From Wickerhamiella versatilis (taxonomy: Eukaryota): a DNA stretch of 64,000 nucleotides. The DNA lies in contig JAQOWU010000008.1 in assembly GCA_030867685.1 (NCBI GenBank), positions 2,294,001 through 2,358,000 of the forward strand, written 5' to 3'. The position numbers were made by a program, and so were the translations under genes. Shown here piece after piece: positions 19,420 through 31,305 of the stretch (position 1 is the stretch's first letter; each line of letters starts with the position of its first letter). The notes below the pieces were generated by a model that did no database searches, was not told where the DNA came from, and saw only the letters and a program-made list of their open reading frames with translations.

Positions 19420-21834
19420 CTAAATTTGTATTTCTTGGAGTTTTCGCAAACTTGCACCAGAGCTATCCACTGCAAGAAGGAATTCACAAAGCTCGCGACA
19501 TATTTCAAAGCTCTTTGCCTTAATAGCAGCCTTGTATAATTCCTGCGCTTCCTCCATTGGAGCCACGTCCCCCTGTATAGTAACAAGGTAGAAATCTCGC
19601 GCCGTCTCCAGGTCTCCTGTGTCAAGAGCCTTGTGGAACAGCTGTAAAGGCTCGCTTCCAAATGTTTTGAAAAGACGGGGCCAAAAATGCATCTCTACCT
19701 TGCGCGAGCAACCCGCTAGAACTGATGGCCAACATTCGAAAGACTTCACTAATGCGACAGCTGGCGCAAGCTCTCCATCATCAGAAGAAGTAATAGCACG
19801 GAATAGTAAAGTTTCGAGAACCTGAGAAAAATAAGGGGCTTTTTCGTATTTTGAAGCAATATCCTGTGCGGTCTCCGGGGTAGATCCTAGTAGAGTAGCT
19901 TCCAAGATCCAAGGCACAAAAACTTCAGTCGAAGTTCTTGGCTTGGCAAAAGTAAAACTTCCATCGGTGGAACGGACAGCATCTGCCTCTATCAATGCTA
20001 ATATCCCCTTGCTCGGGTTCACTAAGATAGGATATGTCGCTGAGAGCGGTATAGCAGCAACTTGCTGCTCCATGTCAAGATCGGTTACCAATACCTCCTG
20101 TCCATCAAATACATAAAGTGTTTTTCCGTCATCGTCCCAAAAAAAAGTCTCGATTGGAGCTGCTATAGTCTGACGCTGATATCGCCTATCTCCATCTGAG
20201 ATTAACAATACTAAAGAAGTATCAACTTGAAATAGTATACGACGATCATCTATCAATGAAATTCCATTCACGTGTGCCATTGATGTCCCAAAAACCCCAG
20301 AAAGAGGTAACTCCTGTAATAAATCGAACTCATGATGCCCTATGTCGAATATCAACAACTTTTCAATGGCTAAAAGCACTGCAAGATGATGATTTTTCAA
20401 ATTCATGGCAACAACAGGCGATGATAAGGGGCAGGATGCAATGATTTGTTCTTCCTCACTAGTGACAACTGGGGAGTACATAGCCAACGAGCTACGGTTC
20501 TCAGCATCAACACACGCTGCCAATAAATGCCTACCATGCCACGTCAAACCGCCACGTACTCGAGCTTCTCGGTCAGCAAGCTCCTTCCATTGCCTAGAGG
20601 CCACTGAAAAGTACATCACGCCAACAGCACCAGCTATTGCCACATATCGGTTATCTTCAGATGTACATGCAGCTACCAGTGGCCAATTACTAGCAATATA
20701 CCATGTGGGTAATGGAACTGTCTGCCAATGGCTGCCAGAACTGGCTACACCAGGGCGGTCATTATATAGAAGAAGACGACCATTTCCCCAAAGAATAGGT
20801 CTTGGTATACTTCCAGTCTGTCCCATACGCAATAATTGATATATGTAAATACCTCCATCAATAAGTAGTGCTAGACTGTCGCCCCAGGTGCCTCCTAACC
20901 AGGCTGCTTCTGACACGCTATCTTCGCCACTGAAAAGCGTCATGCCTAAAACACTCACCACAGACCATTTTTTGTTATCAAATCCAATAAATGCAGCATA
21001 TCCTGATGGTGACCATCGTATAAGAGAGCAATCCATTGCAGGAAAGCTAACAATTTCCTCCTCAAGCTTTATTAACGAGTGTAGGCTTACAGCTCGTCCA
21101 TTCAGAGTGGATACTTGACTCATGCGGATGTTAAATTCTATTCTCAGAGTATCCACAGAAACCGCATATGATTTCTTAAGAGTTAAGTCAACAAGGTAGG
21201 CACTTCCCTCTGTCGTGCAAATACCTACATACTGTGATGCTGCGACCACCTGAGCAATCTGACCCTGCCAAGGAAGATTTGAAGGCCATTCAACAAATTC
21301 CGTGATTGGAATGAGTTGCAATCCAGTGGGCTCTGCATAGCTTATTAGCTCGATATGATTAGGGGTGACAACCATAAGCGAATCCTCTAAAGACACAATG
21401 TCAATGATATCATGCTCGCTCTTAACGCACTTCCTTTCCTCTAAAAACAATTCTCTCGCTCCAATGGCTTCCCCTGGGCCGGGTGTGACAGAAATATCTG
21501 ATTTGAGCACTTCCTCTAGATCTTGTCGTGGAAGGACTTCGAACATTCGTATGAAGTTGCCATTAGTTGCAACAGATACTATTGATCCATCATTAGAAGA
21601 TACAACCTTAGTGTACTCCCCCTGTTTGTCTACATCCTCGGCAGAACGGGGATAGAGAGCCAGGGTCACCAGTGGTTTGACACGAAACATTCCAAGTATG
21701 GAAGACGATACTGCAGCCAAGTAGGAACCTTCTCCAGACTTCGAAATGTCTCTAACATATTCTCCTTCCATAGGTGGATCAAAATAGCTCCCAAGAGAGC
21801 TCAACCGTGACGGAGGACCCTCAGGCCAGAGCAT
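19420..21834 (-). CDS. RIC1: Ric1, subunit of the Ric1-Rgp1 GEF
   Basis: MLWPEG start, WQTVPLPTWYIASNWP, YVAIAG, YFSQVLETLL, CSRKVEMHFWPRLF. Confidence 0.85.
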   Translation of the reverse strand: MLWPEGPPSRLSSLGSYFDPPMEGEYVRDISKSGEGSYLAAVSSSILGMFRVKPLVTLALYPRSAEDVDKQGEYTKVVSSNDGSIVSVATNGNFIRMFEVLPRQDLEEVLKSDISVTPGPGEAIGARELFLEERKCVKSEHDIIDIVSLEDSLMVVTPNHIELISYAEPTGLQLIPITEFVEWPSNLPWQGQIAQVVAASQYVGICTTEGSAYLVDLTLKKSYAVSVDTLRIEFNIRMSQVSTLNGRAVSLHSLIKLEEEIVSFPAMDCSLIRWSPSGYAAFIGFDNKKWSVVSVLGMTLFSGEDSVSEAAWLGGTWGDSLALLIDGGIYIYQLLRMGQTGSIPRPILWGNGRLLLYNDRPGVASSGSHWQTVPLPTWYIASNWPLVAACTSEDNRYVAIAGAVGVMYFSVASRQWKELADREARVRGGLTWHGRHLLAACVDAENRSSLAMYSPVVTSEEEQIIASCPLSSPVVAMNLKNHHLAVLLAIEKLLIFDIGHHEFDLLQELPLSGVFGTSMAHVNGISLIDDRRILFQVDTSLVLLISDGDRRYQRQTIAAPIETFFWDDDGKTLYVFDGQEVLVTDLDMEQQVAAIPLSATYPILVNPSKGILALIEADAVRSTDGSFTFAKPRTSTEVFVPWILEATLLGSTPETAQDIASKYEKAPYFSQVLETLLFRAITSSDDGELAPAVALVKSFECWPSVLAGCSRKVEMHFWPRLFKTFGSEPLQLFHKALDTGDLETARDFYLVTIQGDVAPMEEAQELYKAAIKAKSFEICRELCEFLLAVDSSGASLRKLQEIQI

Positions 21835-22158
21835 GCTGACAAGGCAGAAAGATAGATAGATAAAACAGCACTTGCAAAATGAAGTGGCGCATCATTCGCG
21901 TCGATAGAGAAACAAAGAACTACTAAAGTTTACACATGTAAGAATGAAAAGCCAGATACTTATATTTGTGTAACAACGGTACAATGCGAACTTTACGAAG
22001 AAGGCTTAATTTATCTCGTGAAATCATAAGGAATAGATTCAACTTTTTAATTCCTTTTTTATTTCGCTTCTCTACCGCCAGAATTTCTGAGACGAAGGCA
22101 GATTTCTCTCATTATAAGTTGTTGTTAATAAGCACAGACTTGGTGGAGTAAAGAGGTA

Positions 22159-25100
22159 ATGGAGATATCGAAGCCGCTCACGGATGAAAGATCCTATCGT
22201 ATCATAAATCTTGTTAATGGATTTGAAGTCCTTCTAATTTGTGATAAAAATACAGAAAAAGCTGCTGCTTCTATCGATGTTCATGTAGGTTCCTTTGCCG
22301 ATCCTGAGGAAATACCCGGTCTTGCTCATTTTCTAGAGCACTTATTATTCATGGGCACCGAAAAGTTCCCAGGCGAGAGCGAATATCTTCAATTTCTGGT
22401 AGAGCATGCTGGTGGGGGTAATGCGTTCACATCTGCGGAACACACTAACTACCATTTTGAGATAGCATATGATGCAATTTGGGGAGCTCTGGATAGATTC
22501 TCTCAGTTTTTTATTTCTCCTTTATTTTCTGAATCGTGTAAAGATCGAGAAATTATGGCTGTCGATAGCGAAAACAAGAAAAACCTCCAAATGGATGCTT
22601 GGCGACTCAATCAGCTAGAAAAGTCGTTATCAAACCCAGAACATCCAATTCACAAATTCAGCACAGGAAACCAGGAAACACTAGGCACATTACCTGAGTC
22701 TGAAGGAATTGATGTGCGTGATCGGCTCATAAAATTTTACAAGGAGAGATACTCAGCAAATATCATGAAATTAGTGGTTCTGGCAAGAGATTCATTGGAT
22801 GAACTAGAGGCAGGAATCCGAAAGTTATTTTCTCCGGTTATAAACTCGAATTTGCCCCTACCTAAGTACGAGTCGAAACCTCTAACCCCCGCAGAACTAG
22901 GTATTGTGATTGAAGCCCAAACTGTCATGGATGCCAAGCACCTGGAGATTACATTTCCGGTGCCAGATCAGCAGCCTCTATATGAGTCGCAGCCATATCA
23001 CTATTATGCTCATCTCATAGGACATGAATCTGAGGGAGGACTATTACATTTCCTGAAAATGCGCAAATGGGCTTCTGAACTCTCCTGTGGCATAACACAT
23101 ATCTGTCGAGAGTGTGACTATTTTCTTATCGATATTGCATTGACAAATGAAGGTTTACAAGAATGGCGCTCTGTGCTTGGATACGTTTTTGTCTATATTG
23201 AAATGACTATCAAAGAGGGCCCACAGCAGTGGATTTTCGATGAAATATCTAATATTTCTAGAGCCCGCTTTTTGTACAAACAAAAAACTAAACCGGCTCC
23301 CACTGTGACTTCGCTTGCTCAAACATTGCATAGGCCCATCCCTCGTAGCCGCATCCTTGATTATACCGTCACTACTCGATATGATCCAGAAGCAATAAGT
23401 CGGTTCGGAGATCTTCTCACTCCAGAAAATATGCGAGTCTTGGTAGCAAGTCAGGACTTGGAGGGCCTTGATCAGAAAGAGAAGTGGTATGGTACAAAAT
23501 ATCGTGTGACACCCTTGGGTTCTGTAAGTACTCCATCAGATGTTACATTTCATTTGCCACTAAAGAATGAATTTCTTCCTAGTAAGTTACATGTCCAGCC
23601 GAAGGCTCCAACCCCACATTTATGCCCCACACTCTTGGTGAATGAACCTGACTTTAGGTTGTGGCACAAGCAGGATGATTCGTTTGCACAGCCAAAGTCA
23701 CAGGTTAATATAAAGTTTTCTAATCCTTTGGTGTCATCGGACGTATTTCAGTTCATGTCGGCTGTGCTTTTCGTGGCTCTTATAGAGGATGCGCTGGTAG
23801 ATTTCGCATATTATGCGGATACTGCAGGGCTCAAGTACGTTTTATTTGCGGTTCAGGGTGGCATTGAAGTGGAAGTCTATGGTTTTGATGAGAAATTGGA
23901 TCGCTTGGTTGCAAAAGTGATCCAAAGTATATCTAATTGTGAGCTTCAAAAGGACCGCTTCTCTCCTGTGAAAGAGCACCAACTTCGCCTACTCCATAAC
24001 ACTTTGTTTACCCAGCCTTTCATGCAACGCGCTCTACACAATTCCTGGTTTCTTTCAGAGAAGGTATATCATATAGACGCAAAGCTTGAGGCGTTGGAGA
24101 AGATTGAATTTGATGATGTACTTAAGTTTGCGACCGAATTTCGCCGTGGGGTATCGGCAGAAATGCTTTTTGTGGGTTCACTTAGCTCAAGCGCAGTAAC
24201 AGAGATCGGCCGAGCTGTGCGAGCATCGTTGCCTTCTCTTACTTTTCAGCCAAAGCCTCGTTCTTATATATATCCAATTGGAGAACATTATTGGTGCTAT
24301 ACTTTGAAGGACGAAGGTAATGGAAATAATGCAATTGAGTATGGTATTGAACTAGGCACTGCTGATGATATTAACTTGGTCACGACCGCAGTCCTGCTTG
24401 AGCAAATCATGAAAGAACCTGTTTTCGACCAGCTTAGAACGAAGGAACAACTGGGTTATGTCGTTGGTTGTTCTCTAAGGCAAGTGCGGAATTCTTACTG
24501 GGTCCGTTTCTTTGCGCAGAGTGAGGAAGTCACCACTTACTTGGAGTCGCGCATCAATGCCTGTTTATTGAATATAAGGGAGATTATAATGAATATGGAA
24601 CATGAGGAATATCAGAAAAATGTCGATTCTGTTGTAGCAAAGTATTCTGAGCGACCCAAGAATCTTGCGGAGGAAGCAAGCCGATATTGGTCAACTATTT
24701 CTCAGGGATTTTATGATTTCGAACTCCGCAATAAAATTTCTCAGAATGTGCAAAGTGTAAGGAAGGGGGAGGTGCTAGAGTTTTTTGATAAACTTGTCTC
24801 TCCCCTTAGTGCTGAAAGGAGGGTTTTCGTACTGCATCTTGAGGCGAAACAGAAAAAGATTATTCAACCAGAGGTTTTGCTTGCTCGCCAGGTCGGCCGC
24901 CTGGCTAGTGAGCGTGACCTAAGAGTCAATCAATCGCAAATTATGGCACTGAGTTCGGAATGTAGAGGTCTCAGTCAAGAGCAAGCATTGGAACGGCTCA
25001 AGCAGAAACTTGTAGAAACGGGATATAAAGTTGAAGAAGCTCAGTCATTCGTTGATGAAGTTGTATCAAGGATGCATCAAAATGTCGAGCAACTCCCTTT

Positions 25101-25215
25101 TTCAGGTTCCTGCGTGAATAACCCACCAGAATTCCTATCACATTTAGATCGTGCTCCCGCTGCGGTTTCTGTGAAGGACCTATCGACGTTTCAGCGTCAA
25201 GACATCAAATTATAG
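22159..25215 (+). CDS. STE23: M16A metalloprotease (insulin-degrading enzyme / Ste23)
   Basis: GLAHFLEHLLFMG (HXXEH), AVDSENKKN, LRTKEQLGY. Confidence 0.92.
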   Translation: MEISKPLTDERSYRIINLVNGFEVLLICDKNTEKAAASIDVHVGSFADPEEIPGLAHFLEHLLFMGTEKFPGESEYLQFLVEHAGGGNAFTSAEHTNYHFEIAYDAIWGALDRFSQFFISPLFSESCKDREIMAVDSENKKNLQMDAWRLNQLEKSLSNPEHPIHKFSTGNQETLGTLPESEGIDVRDRLIKFYKERYSANIMKLVVLARDSLDELEAGIRKLFSPVINSNLPLPKYESKPLTPAELGIVIEAQTVMDAKHLEITFPVPDQQPLYESQPYHYYAHLIGHESEGGLLHFLKMRKWASELSCGITHICRECDYFLIDIALTNEGLQEWRSVLGYVFVYIEMTIKEGPQQWIFDEISNISRARFLYKQKTKPAPTVTSLAQTLHRPIPRSRILDYTVTTRYDPEAISRFGDLLTPENMRVLVASQDLEGLDQKEKWYGTKYRVTPLGSVSTPSDVTFHLPLKNEFLPSKLHVQPKAPTPHLCPTLLVNEPDFRLWHKQDDSFAQPKSQVNIKFSNPLVSSDVFQFMSAVLFVALIEDALVDFAYYADTAGLKYVLFAVQGGIEVEVYGFDEKLDRLVAKVIQSISNCELQKDRFSPVKEHQLRLLHNTLFTQPFMQRALHNSWFLSEKVYHIDAKLEALEKIEFDDVLKFATEFRRGVSAEMLFVGSLSSSAVTEIGRAVRASLPSLTFQPKPRSYIYPIGEHYWCYTLKDEGNGNNAIEYGIELGTADDINLVTTAVLLEQIMKEPVFDQLRTKEQLGYVVGCSLRQVRNSYWVRFFAQSEEVTTYLESRINACLLNIREIIMNMEHEEYQKNVDSVVAKYSERPKNLAEEASRYWSTISQGFYDFELRNKISQNVQSVRKGEVLEFFDKLVSPLSAERRVFVLHLEAKQKKIIQPEVLLARQVGRLASERDLRVNQSQIMALSSECRGLSQEQALERLKQKLVETGYKVEEAQSFVDEVVSRMHQNVEQLPFSGSCVNNPPEFLSHLDRAPAAVSVKDLSTFQRQDIKL

Positions 25216-25406
25216 AATGAATTGCACAATTTATCTAAGTACCTAGCTCTAAACACTCTAAACGATCTAGCATTTTGAATTGAGAGACTTTATGGACATT
25301 TCGGGCATTTGGTGTAACAACCGTTTACTAATAATATATTAGACTTACCGGTGTGGTCTTTCTCAAATAGAGAGTCATTGTTACCATTGTAAAGTAAAGT
25401 ATAGTC

Positions 25407-25808
25407 TTATTCCTCACCTCCCCCGAGATCTAGTTCATCCACGGGATCTGCGTCATAGTACTCTGTATCAGCAGCCGTACCCAGGTATGGAGTGTTGGGT
25501 TCCATGATCTTCTCGCGCGTGCCCCGGGTTTGATCCCACTCGCGAATCTCCCGGTCATTCCAATGCACTGCTTCATCTTCTACTTCATCATTTTCGCCGG
25601 CTGCAATAGCCGATGGCGCCTTCGTCTTGGGATACTTCGTATTACGAGCATGCGCATGGTTTTCAGCATGAATCTTCTTCCGCAGGGCCTCGCCCTCTGA
25701 ACCTAGTTTAGCATTGAAGTCTGTATTTGTCTTTACCTTGCCACGATCAAAGGATTTGCCAGTGGACATGTCCTTCGCCCCCTCTTCACTGTTCTGAAGT
25801 ATGCCCAT
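25407..25808 (-). CDS. GLC8: Protein phosphatase inhibitor-2 family (Glc8-like)
   Basis: N-terminal GILQN (SILK-like), VHWND, KIMEPNTPY. Confidence 0.75.
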   Translation of the reverse strand: MGILQNSEEGAKDMSTGKSFDRGKVKTNTDFNAKLGSEGEALRKKIHAENHAHARNTKYPKTKAPSAIAAGENDEVEDEAVHWNDREIREWDQTRGTREKIMEPNTPYLGTAADTEYYDADPVDELDLGGGEE

Positions 25809-25902
25809 TAGTCCGGCTTATGTGAGATCCAAGTACTACACATATATACATGTACATACATATATATAATACTTTTTAGAGCGACAATGCACGATATATA
25901 GA

Positions 25903-26856
25903 CTAGTATATCTTTTTCTTTTCATCAATACTGTAGGTACCGGCACCCATGTTAACGAGCAATATCAGGCCACCTACAATTGATAGAGTCTGGAAATACT
26001 CATAACGTAGGAAATCACGATTGGGATTGGAGGAGGACAAACGCCAGTACGAATTTGTCACTATGTTTTGACCAAGAAGAAGTACTGCCAGAAGACTTGC
26101 GCTGAACCGAGCCTTGAATCCAATGACAACTAGCACAACTGCGGCTAATCCCGCCACATTGAGAAAACTTCCTCCGATTGACCACCTTGCTCTTAGCAAA
26201 TGGGCTACATAAATCAATACCAAAAGTATTCTTCCTGTCAAGACAATATTCTGGGAGCGGTCCTGTGTGTCGAACCGGAGAAGACCTGGTAGCAGAGCAC
26301 TCCTGCGATCCTGAGCGAAAATATCAGACACTATCAACAGAAGTCCGCCTATCAATGACAGATTGCGGCAAAAAAAGCGAAGGTCCCAAATCAGGCCATA
26401 AACTATAGCCTGACTCACGATGACACCAGTCAAAAACCCAACACCCCATTCGAGTTTGCGCTTTGACATGACCAGATATGATCCCGAAAGCATTAAACTT
26501 ACATTTGCAACAAGGAAAAGGATTGTCAATATCCAAGGTAGACCCCGAATCTGCCAAATGTATCTAACCTGAGACGACCATTGAGTTAAAATGCGCCAAA
26601 CATCCTCAAGGAATGTAGATATTACTAGAAGACGCCCCACAACGGGTAAATACGGCTTCAAAGGGTGGCCAATCTCACCTAGTTTTTCGTCGGCAACATG
26701 CGCAACTTCCTTAAGCTTCTCTATAAAGGAGTTTACCCCTGAATCTTGATCCAGTGACCCAAACTGACTGCTCCTTCCCGCCAAGTCGGGTATAGCTGAG
26801 GCATCTTGCTCTTGTGCAATAGGAATCTCATAGCGTTGGCCACGCCGCGTTGTCAT
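25903..26856 (-). CDS. ERV29: SURF4 family COPII cargo receptor Erv29
   Basis: GRLLVISTFLED, RNLSLIGGLL, FQTLSIVGG, C-terminal DEKKKIY; first ATG at 26856. Confidence 0.93.
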   Translation of the reverse strand: MTTRRGQRYEIPIAQEQDASAIPDLAGRSSQFGSLDQDSGVNSFIEKLKEVAHVADEKLGEIGHPLKPYLPVVGRLLVISTFLEDVWRILTQWSSQVRYIWQIRGLPWILTILFLVANVSLMLSGSYLVMSKRKLEWGVGFLTGVIVSQAIVYGLIWDLRFFCRNLSLIGGLLLIVSDIFAQDRRSALLPGLLRFDTQDRSQNIVLTGRILLVLIYVAHLLRARWSIGGSFLNVAGLAAVVLVVIGFKARFSASLLAVLLLGQNIVTNSYWRLSSSNPNRDFLRYEYFQTLSIVGGLILLVNMGAGTYSIDEKKKIY

Positions 26857-26984
26857 TACCGTTCTGTGATTTGTAATCAATGGTACCCCACGAAATAAAC
26901 CTCTCTCGTTGGCAGCACGTCTAGAGCTGTTAAGCTTACTTGATGGAATATGTTCAAGATTAAATACTTAATGCATTCTCTAAT

Positions 26985-28988
26985 CTAAGGTCGTTTGAAA
27001 AATGGTTTCTGAACATTCTCATAGTAAGGCGCTTTGGCAGTCATAGAAGAGTTAGCATCATTGACCTTCCTCCAGTAGTTAGTATAAACCTGGCCATCAT
27101 GGGCCCCGAGAGGAGAGTTCACATAGAAGTCTGACAACCCAAAAGAGTCTGTTATGCCGATGGCATATGTTCTGACCTTCCGACAGTACTCGTCAACTAG
27201 GCTCGAAACTTCCTTTACCGTCTCTGGATTCAGTGCTCCGAATTTGAGGAAGACACTGGCATCTTTTTCAATAGACCAAAGTGTAAATAATAGCGCAGAG
27301 TCCATAAGTACTCCCTGAATTTCTGGCTTTGCATGTTGGGCCGATGAAGCGATAGATGAAATCTGAAAGCCAGTGCAATGGAGACGAGCGATATTTATTC
27401 TGGGGAAACTAAGTTTTTCCATCGCTGCTGGTCCACCAATTGACTTCGCTAACTCCTTGTATCTAGAAGCGGTTTCCAAGACTTGTGCCCGAGTCACCCA
27501 ATGCCACAGTGTTACTAGATATGAGATATCAAGCATAGATCCTTCTTTCTTAGAAGATTCATTCAAATATGATGCTGCACCAAAGGCCTTCTCCCCGGCA
27601 AGCACTCGCAATCCGCTCTGAATAACAGCCCTGCCTGTCGATAAGCATAGGATATTATTGTCACCCTCCCAGGTACAGGAAACAGCCCAATCGTCATATC
27701 CTTGGCCAAATCCCGCATACCCTGAATATCCATGTCCACCACAAGCTTGACGGCACTCATCAATAGTGGCTGCCGTACTCCACGTTGACAGTGCCTTCAG
27801 CCCTGCAGATAGTGCAAACAGCTCTTTTGACGCCTGTAGGTACGATTCAAGTGCCCTTTTGTCATTCAAATCCTTTGGGGCCTTTGTAGCACTGTAAATT
27901 GTGGTCAGTTCTTCTGTGGATGCTTGTAAAGCAAGGGCCTGCACAAGTAGAGGCATAAGCCGTCTCTGGTGGTATTCGTAGTCCAGTAGCCTTGTCTCCT
28001 GTCCTTTGTGACTATTTGAAAATTGCTGCCTAACAGCGGCATATCTTATTGCAATAGTCAAAAAGCGCTCAGACCACCACCACGAATCTTCGACTATTGT
28101 CACCCTGCCATCTACCAGTGCACCGTAGGAAAGTTGAGGAAGAGGGGGTAGGCTGACTTTACCATCAGCATCAACCTGCGAGTATTTCATGAGCATATTC
28201 GTGCGAGGAATCCTTACATTTGTAAACTGAATCCAGCCATTGTCGATACCATCGCGACCCATCTTTTTCCCTATGTCTCCAACGGCCACACCTGGAAGAA
28301 GCTCAAAGGTTTCTGTATCTCTTAGAGGAACCACAAATACGTGTACGCCATAGTCTTTACCTCGAACAATAAGTCTGGCGTAGCATGATGTATGGGTCGC
28401 ACTATGCGCAGCACCGCCTATCCACCACTTTGTGGCAGACAGAGTGGGGGTGTTTACAACGAATTCATCAGCATTGAGATCCATCGTTGCAGTGGTCTCT
28501 ACCCCAGCCACATTTGATCCATGTCCGAGCTCGGTCATTGCGAAACAGCCATAAAAGTTCCTCAACGATAATGCTCCATTGTTGACCCAGTAATCCACTT
28601 GTTCGGGTGTTCCTTGGCCAGACACTGTGCCGAAAAATAGTGACAAATGTACTAGTAGCCTTGTTTGGGCACTAGGATTGATCAAGCCAAGCGGAGGCAG
28701 CAGCCGCCGTCTCGCATCCGCGCTGGTGATGTCCTTCCCAAGCAAGGCATGTATCCGTGTGACTTGCTGGAAGGTTATCTTGCGGATTTCTTCGGAATCC
28801 CAGTCATAAAAATTGCGGTTGTTGAACATGGGATCCCGTTCAAGCAACTCCATTGAACTCAGCAACGCTTCGGCAGACTCTTTGCCTCCATGAAGATAAT
28901 AGAACAGGTCATTAACGGGGAAGTTGGTCTTGGTGCGCTCCTCTGCAAGAAATTCGGAGCCTGCAACATCCGATCTTCCATCGGTCAT
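26985..28988 (-). CDS. POX1: Peroxisomal acyl-CoA oxidase
   Basis: GCFAMTELGHGSNV, KWWIGG, DIGKKMGRDGIDNGWIQF, CRQACGGHGY, TWEGDN. Confidence 0.95.
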   Translation of the reverse strand: MTDGRSDVAGSEFLAEERTKTNFPVNDLFYYLHGGKESAEALLSSMELLERDPMFNNRNFYDWDSEEIRKITFQQVTRIHALLGKDITSADARRRLLPPLGLINPSAQTRLLVHLSLFFGTVSGQGTPEQVDYWVNNGALSLRNFYGCFAMTELGHGSNVAGVETTATMDLNADEFVVNTPTLSATKWWIGGAAHSATHTSCYARLIVRGKDYGVHVFVVPLRDTETFELLPGVAVGDIGKKMGRDGIDNGWIQFTNVRIPRTNMLMKYSQVDADGKVSLPPLPQLSYGALVDGRVTIVEDSWWWSERFLTIAIRYAAVRQQFSNSHKGQETRLLDYEYHQRRLMPLLVQALALQASTEELTTIYSATKAPKDLNDKRALESYLQASKELFALSAGLKALSTWSTAATIDECRQACGGHGYSGYAGFGQGYDDWAVSCTWEGDNNILCLSTGRAVIQSGLRVLAGEKAFGAASYLNESSKKEGSMLDISYLVTLWHWVTRAQVLETASRYKELAKSIGGPAAMEKLSFPRINIARLHCTGFQISSIASSAQHAKPEIQGVLMDSALLFTLWSIEKDASVFLKFGALNPETVKEVSSLVDEYCRKVRTYAIGITDSFGLSDFYVNSPLGAHDGQVYTNYWRKVNDANSSMTAKAPYYENVQKPFFKRP

Positions 28989-29016
28989 TTGAAACTGGAA
29001 TGATGATGCCTTACCA

Positions 29017-29057
29017 ACTCTAACCCCGCACTTATCGGTAATGTGTGGGGTTAGGGT
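29017..29057. repeat. Imperfect palindrome in the POX1 promoter
   Basis: ACTCTAACCCCGCAC-TTATCGGTAAT-GTGTGGGGTTAGGGT; 13 of 15 arm positions are Watson-Crick complementary. Confidence 0.75.
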
Positions 29058-29570
29058 GGATTTAAAGTCTATTTCGTACTTTATGATATATTTATGTTAT
29101 TACTATGCCCTTTAATAGTATCCTCTTATTATTCCCTATTTCTTCGTTTAAGCTGCTCTACGCTCTCCTGTTAAAGTGGGCTCCTCGATAGTGCTCTATT
29201 ATACTAAAACAAAAAAAATTAAAATAAAAGAAAAGAAACGCCTTTACACGCAGTGCTAATACTTAAAATGGTTTAAATATTAATAGGCGAAACGGAATCA
29301 AGATCGGTCGGGAAGTCCGATGACTACCAATATTTATGTTACGTGATTTAACATTATAAGCTGTTAATATTCTGATGGACATAGCAGCCAAGAGAACCTC
29401 AACCCCACGTTAAATTTTCTTAAGCCCAAACTTCAACCTCTGATAATGAGACAAAAATTATATCGCGATAGCCAAGAAAAAGTCAGTGTCAAACTTATAC
29501 GTAATCTATGTACAACTAAAAAGAAACTACGTGACTAGAGCGATAGGATAGCTGATCAGCAGCAGCTAGC

Positions 29571-31274
29571 TTAGAACATGCCACCCATGCCGCCCATGCC
29601 GCCCATTCCACCCATAGGTGGCGCACCAGCAGGAGCCGGAGGCTCTGGCGCATCAACAATGGCACACTCAGTGGTTGCGAGGAGAGACGCAACCGAGGCG
29701 GCATCAGTGAGACCAGTACGAACAACCTTGAAAGGATCAATGATACCAGCCTTCAGCATGTCCTGGTACTCGCCAGTAGCCGAATTGTATCCCATGGCGA
29801 AATCGTCACCATAGTCATCAGTAAGTTTTCCAACGACAACAGGACCCTCGCCACCTGCATTCTCAACGATGGTTCTAGCGGGGCCACGAATTGCCTGTTC
29901 AATGATCTTGACACCAAGTCTCTGATCGAAGTTGGCGGCAGGCACGTCACCAAGAATGGTCGAAGCCTTCAACAAGGCAGTGCCACCACCTGGAAGGATA
30001 CCTTCCTCAACAGCGGCACGAGTAGCATTAAGAGCATCGACGAAGCGATCCTTCTTCTCACCAACCTCAACCTCAGAGGAGCCGCCCACGCGGATAACAG
30101 CGACACCACCGCCGAGCTTCGCGAGACGTTCCTGGAGCTTCTCCTTTTCATACTCAGAGGTGGATGCATCGCCAATGTAACCGCGAATCTGCTCGCAACG
30201 CTGGGCAATAGCATCTTTTGTACCATCACCGTTAAGCACGATAGTATCGTCCTTGGTGACCGTGGCGGATCCACATGTGCCAAACAGATCGGGGGTGGCA
30301 TTCTCCGGCTTGATGTCCAGCTCATCAGTGAACACGGTGCCACCAGTGAGAATGCCAATATCACCAAGAGTGTTCTTACGGTTATCACCGAAGCCTGGGG
30401 CCTTCACTGCTGCAACCTGAACTTGGCCACGGAGCTTGTTCAGGATACAAGCTGCGAGCGCCTCACCGTCAACATCCTCTGCAATAATGAGCAACGGACG
30501 GCGCAACTTGTTTGAGATTTCAAGGGCCGGAAGCACATCGCTTAGGGCCGAAATCTTCTTTTCACTCAACATCACCAACGGATTCTCGAACTCAACCTTT
30601 GCGGACTTGGCATCAGTGATGAAATAGGGCGAGATGTATCCGCGGTCGAAGCGCATACCCTCGGTAACTTCGAGCTCATCAGTAAGGGTCTTGCCCTCCT
30701 TAACAGTTATGACACCCTCTTTACCGACCTTTTCCATGGCCGAGGCAATCAGCTTTCCGATGTGGGTATCACCATTGGCAGAAATAGTTGCTACCTGAGC
30801 AATTTCTTCGCTTGTGGTAACCTCTCTCTTGTTCTTGGTCAAGTATTCGACGACCGCAGCAACTGCAGCCTGCGAACCACGACGGAGATCCTGAGGATTG
30901 CAGCCAGCAGCGACATTCTTAACCGACTCGGTGAAAATAGATCGGCCCAAAACCGTGGCACTTGTGGTACCATCACCAGCTGTCTCGTTTGTCTTGGACG
31001 CCACATCCTGCAGAAGCTTGGCACCAAGGTTCTCGTATTTATCTTTAAGAGTGATCGACTTGGCAACAGTTACACCATCCTTCGTAATTTTTGGACTTCC
31101 AAAGCTCTGCTCTATAAGGACGTTGCGTCCCTTAGGGCCTAGAGTGACTGACACAGCCTTGGCCAAAGTATCAATACCCTTCAGCAAAGCTGCACGCCCC
31201 TCCACGCCGAACTTCAACTCCTTATGCGAGTAAAAACGCACAAATTGCTTGCTTGCACCTCCAAACCGCTGCAT
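29571..31274 (-). CDS. HSP60: Mitochondrial chaperonin Hsp60
   Basis: [25 protein letters not shown] tail; first ATG (MQRFGG presequence) at 31274. Confidence 0.98.
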   Translation of the reverse strand: MQRFGGASKQFVRFYSHKELKFGVEGRAALLKGIDTLAKAVSVTLGPKGRNVLIEQSFGSPKITKDGVTVAKSITLKDKYENLGAKLLQDVASKTNETAGDGTTSATVLGRSIFTESVKNVAAGCNPQDLRRGSQAAVAAVVEYLTKNKREVTTSEEIAQVATISANGDTHIGKLIASAMEKVGKEGVITVKEGKTLTDELEVTEGMRFDRGYISPYFITDAKSAKVEFENPLVMLSEKKISALSDVLPALEISNKLRRPLLIIAEDVDGEALAACILNKLRGQVQVAAVKAPGFGDNRKNTLGDIGILTGGTVFTDELDIKPENATPDLFGTCGSATVTKDDTIVLNGDGTKDAIAQRCEQIRGYIGDASTSEYEKEKLQERLAKLGGGVAVIRVGGSSEVEVGEKKDRFVDALNATRAAVEEGILPGGGTALLKASTILGDVPAANFDQRLGVKIIEQAIRGPARTIVENAGGEGPVVVGKLTDDYGDDFAMGYNSATGEYQDMLKAGIIDPFKVVRTGLTDAASVASLLATTECAIVDAPEPPAPAGAPPMGGMGGMGGMGGMF

Positions 31275-31305
31275 GTAATTTTTACCCTTAGTGGGGGATA
31301 TGGGG

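Noticed and set aside
25204..25215. Ste23 C-terminal IKL as a peroxisomal signal
   Set aside because: Ile at position -3 does not fit the usual PTS1 consensus
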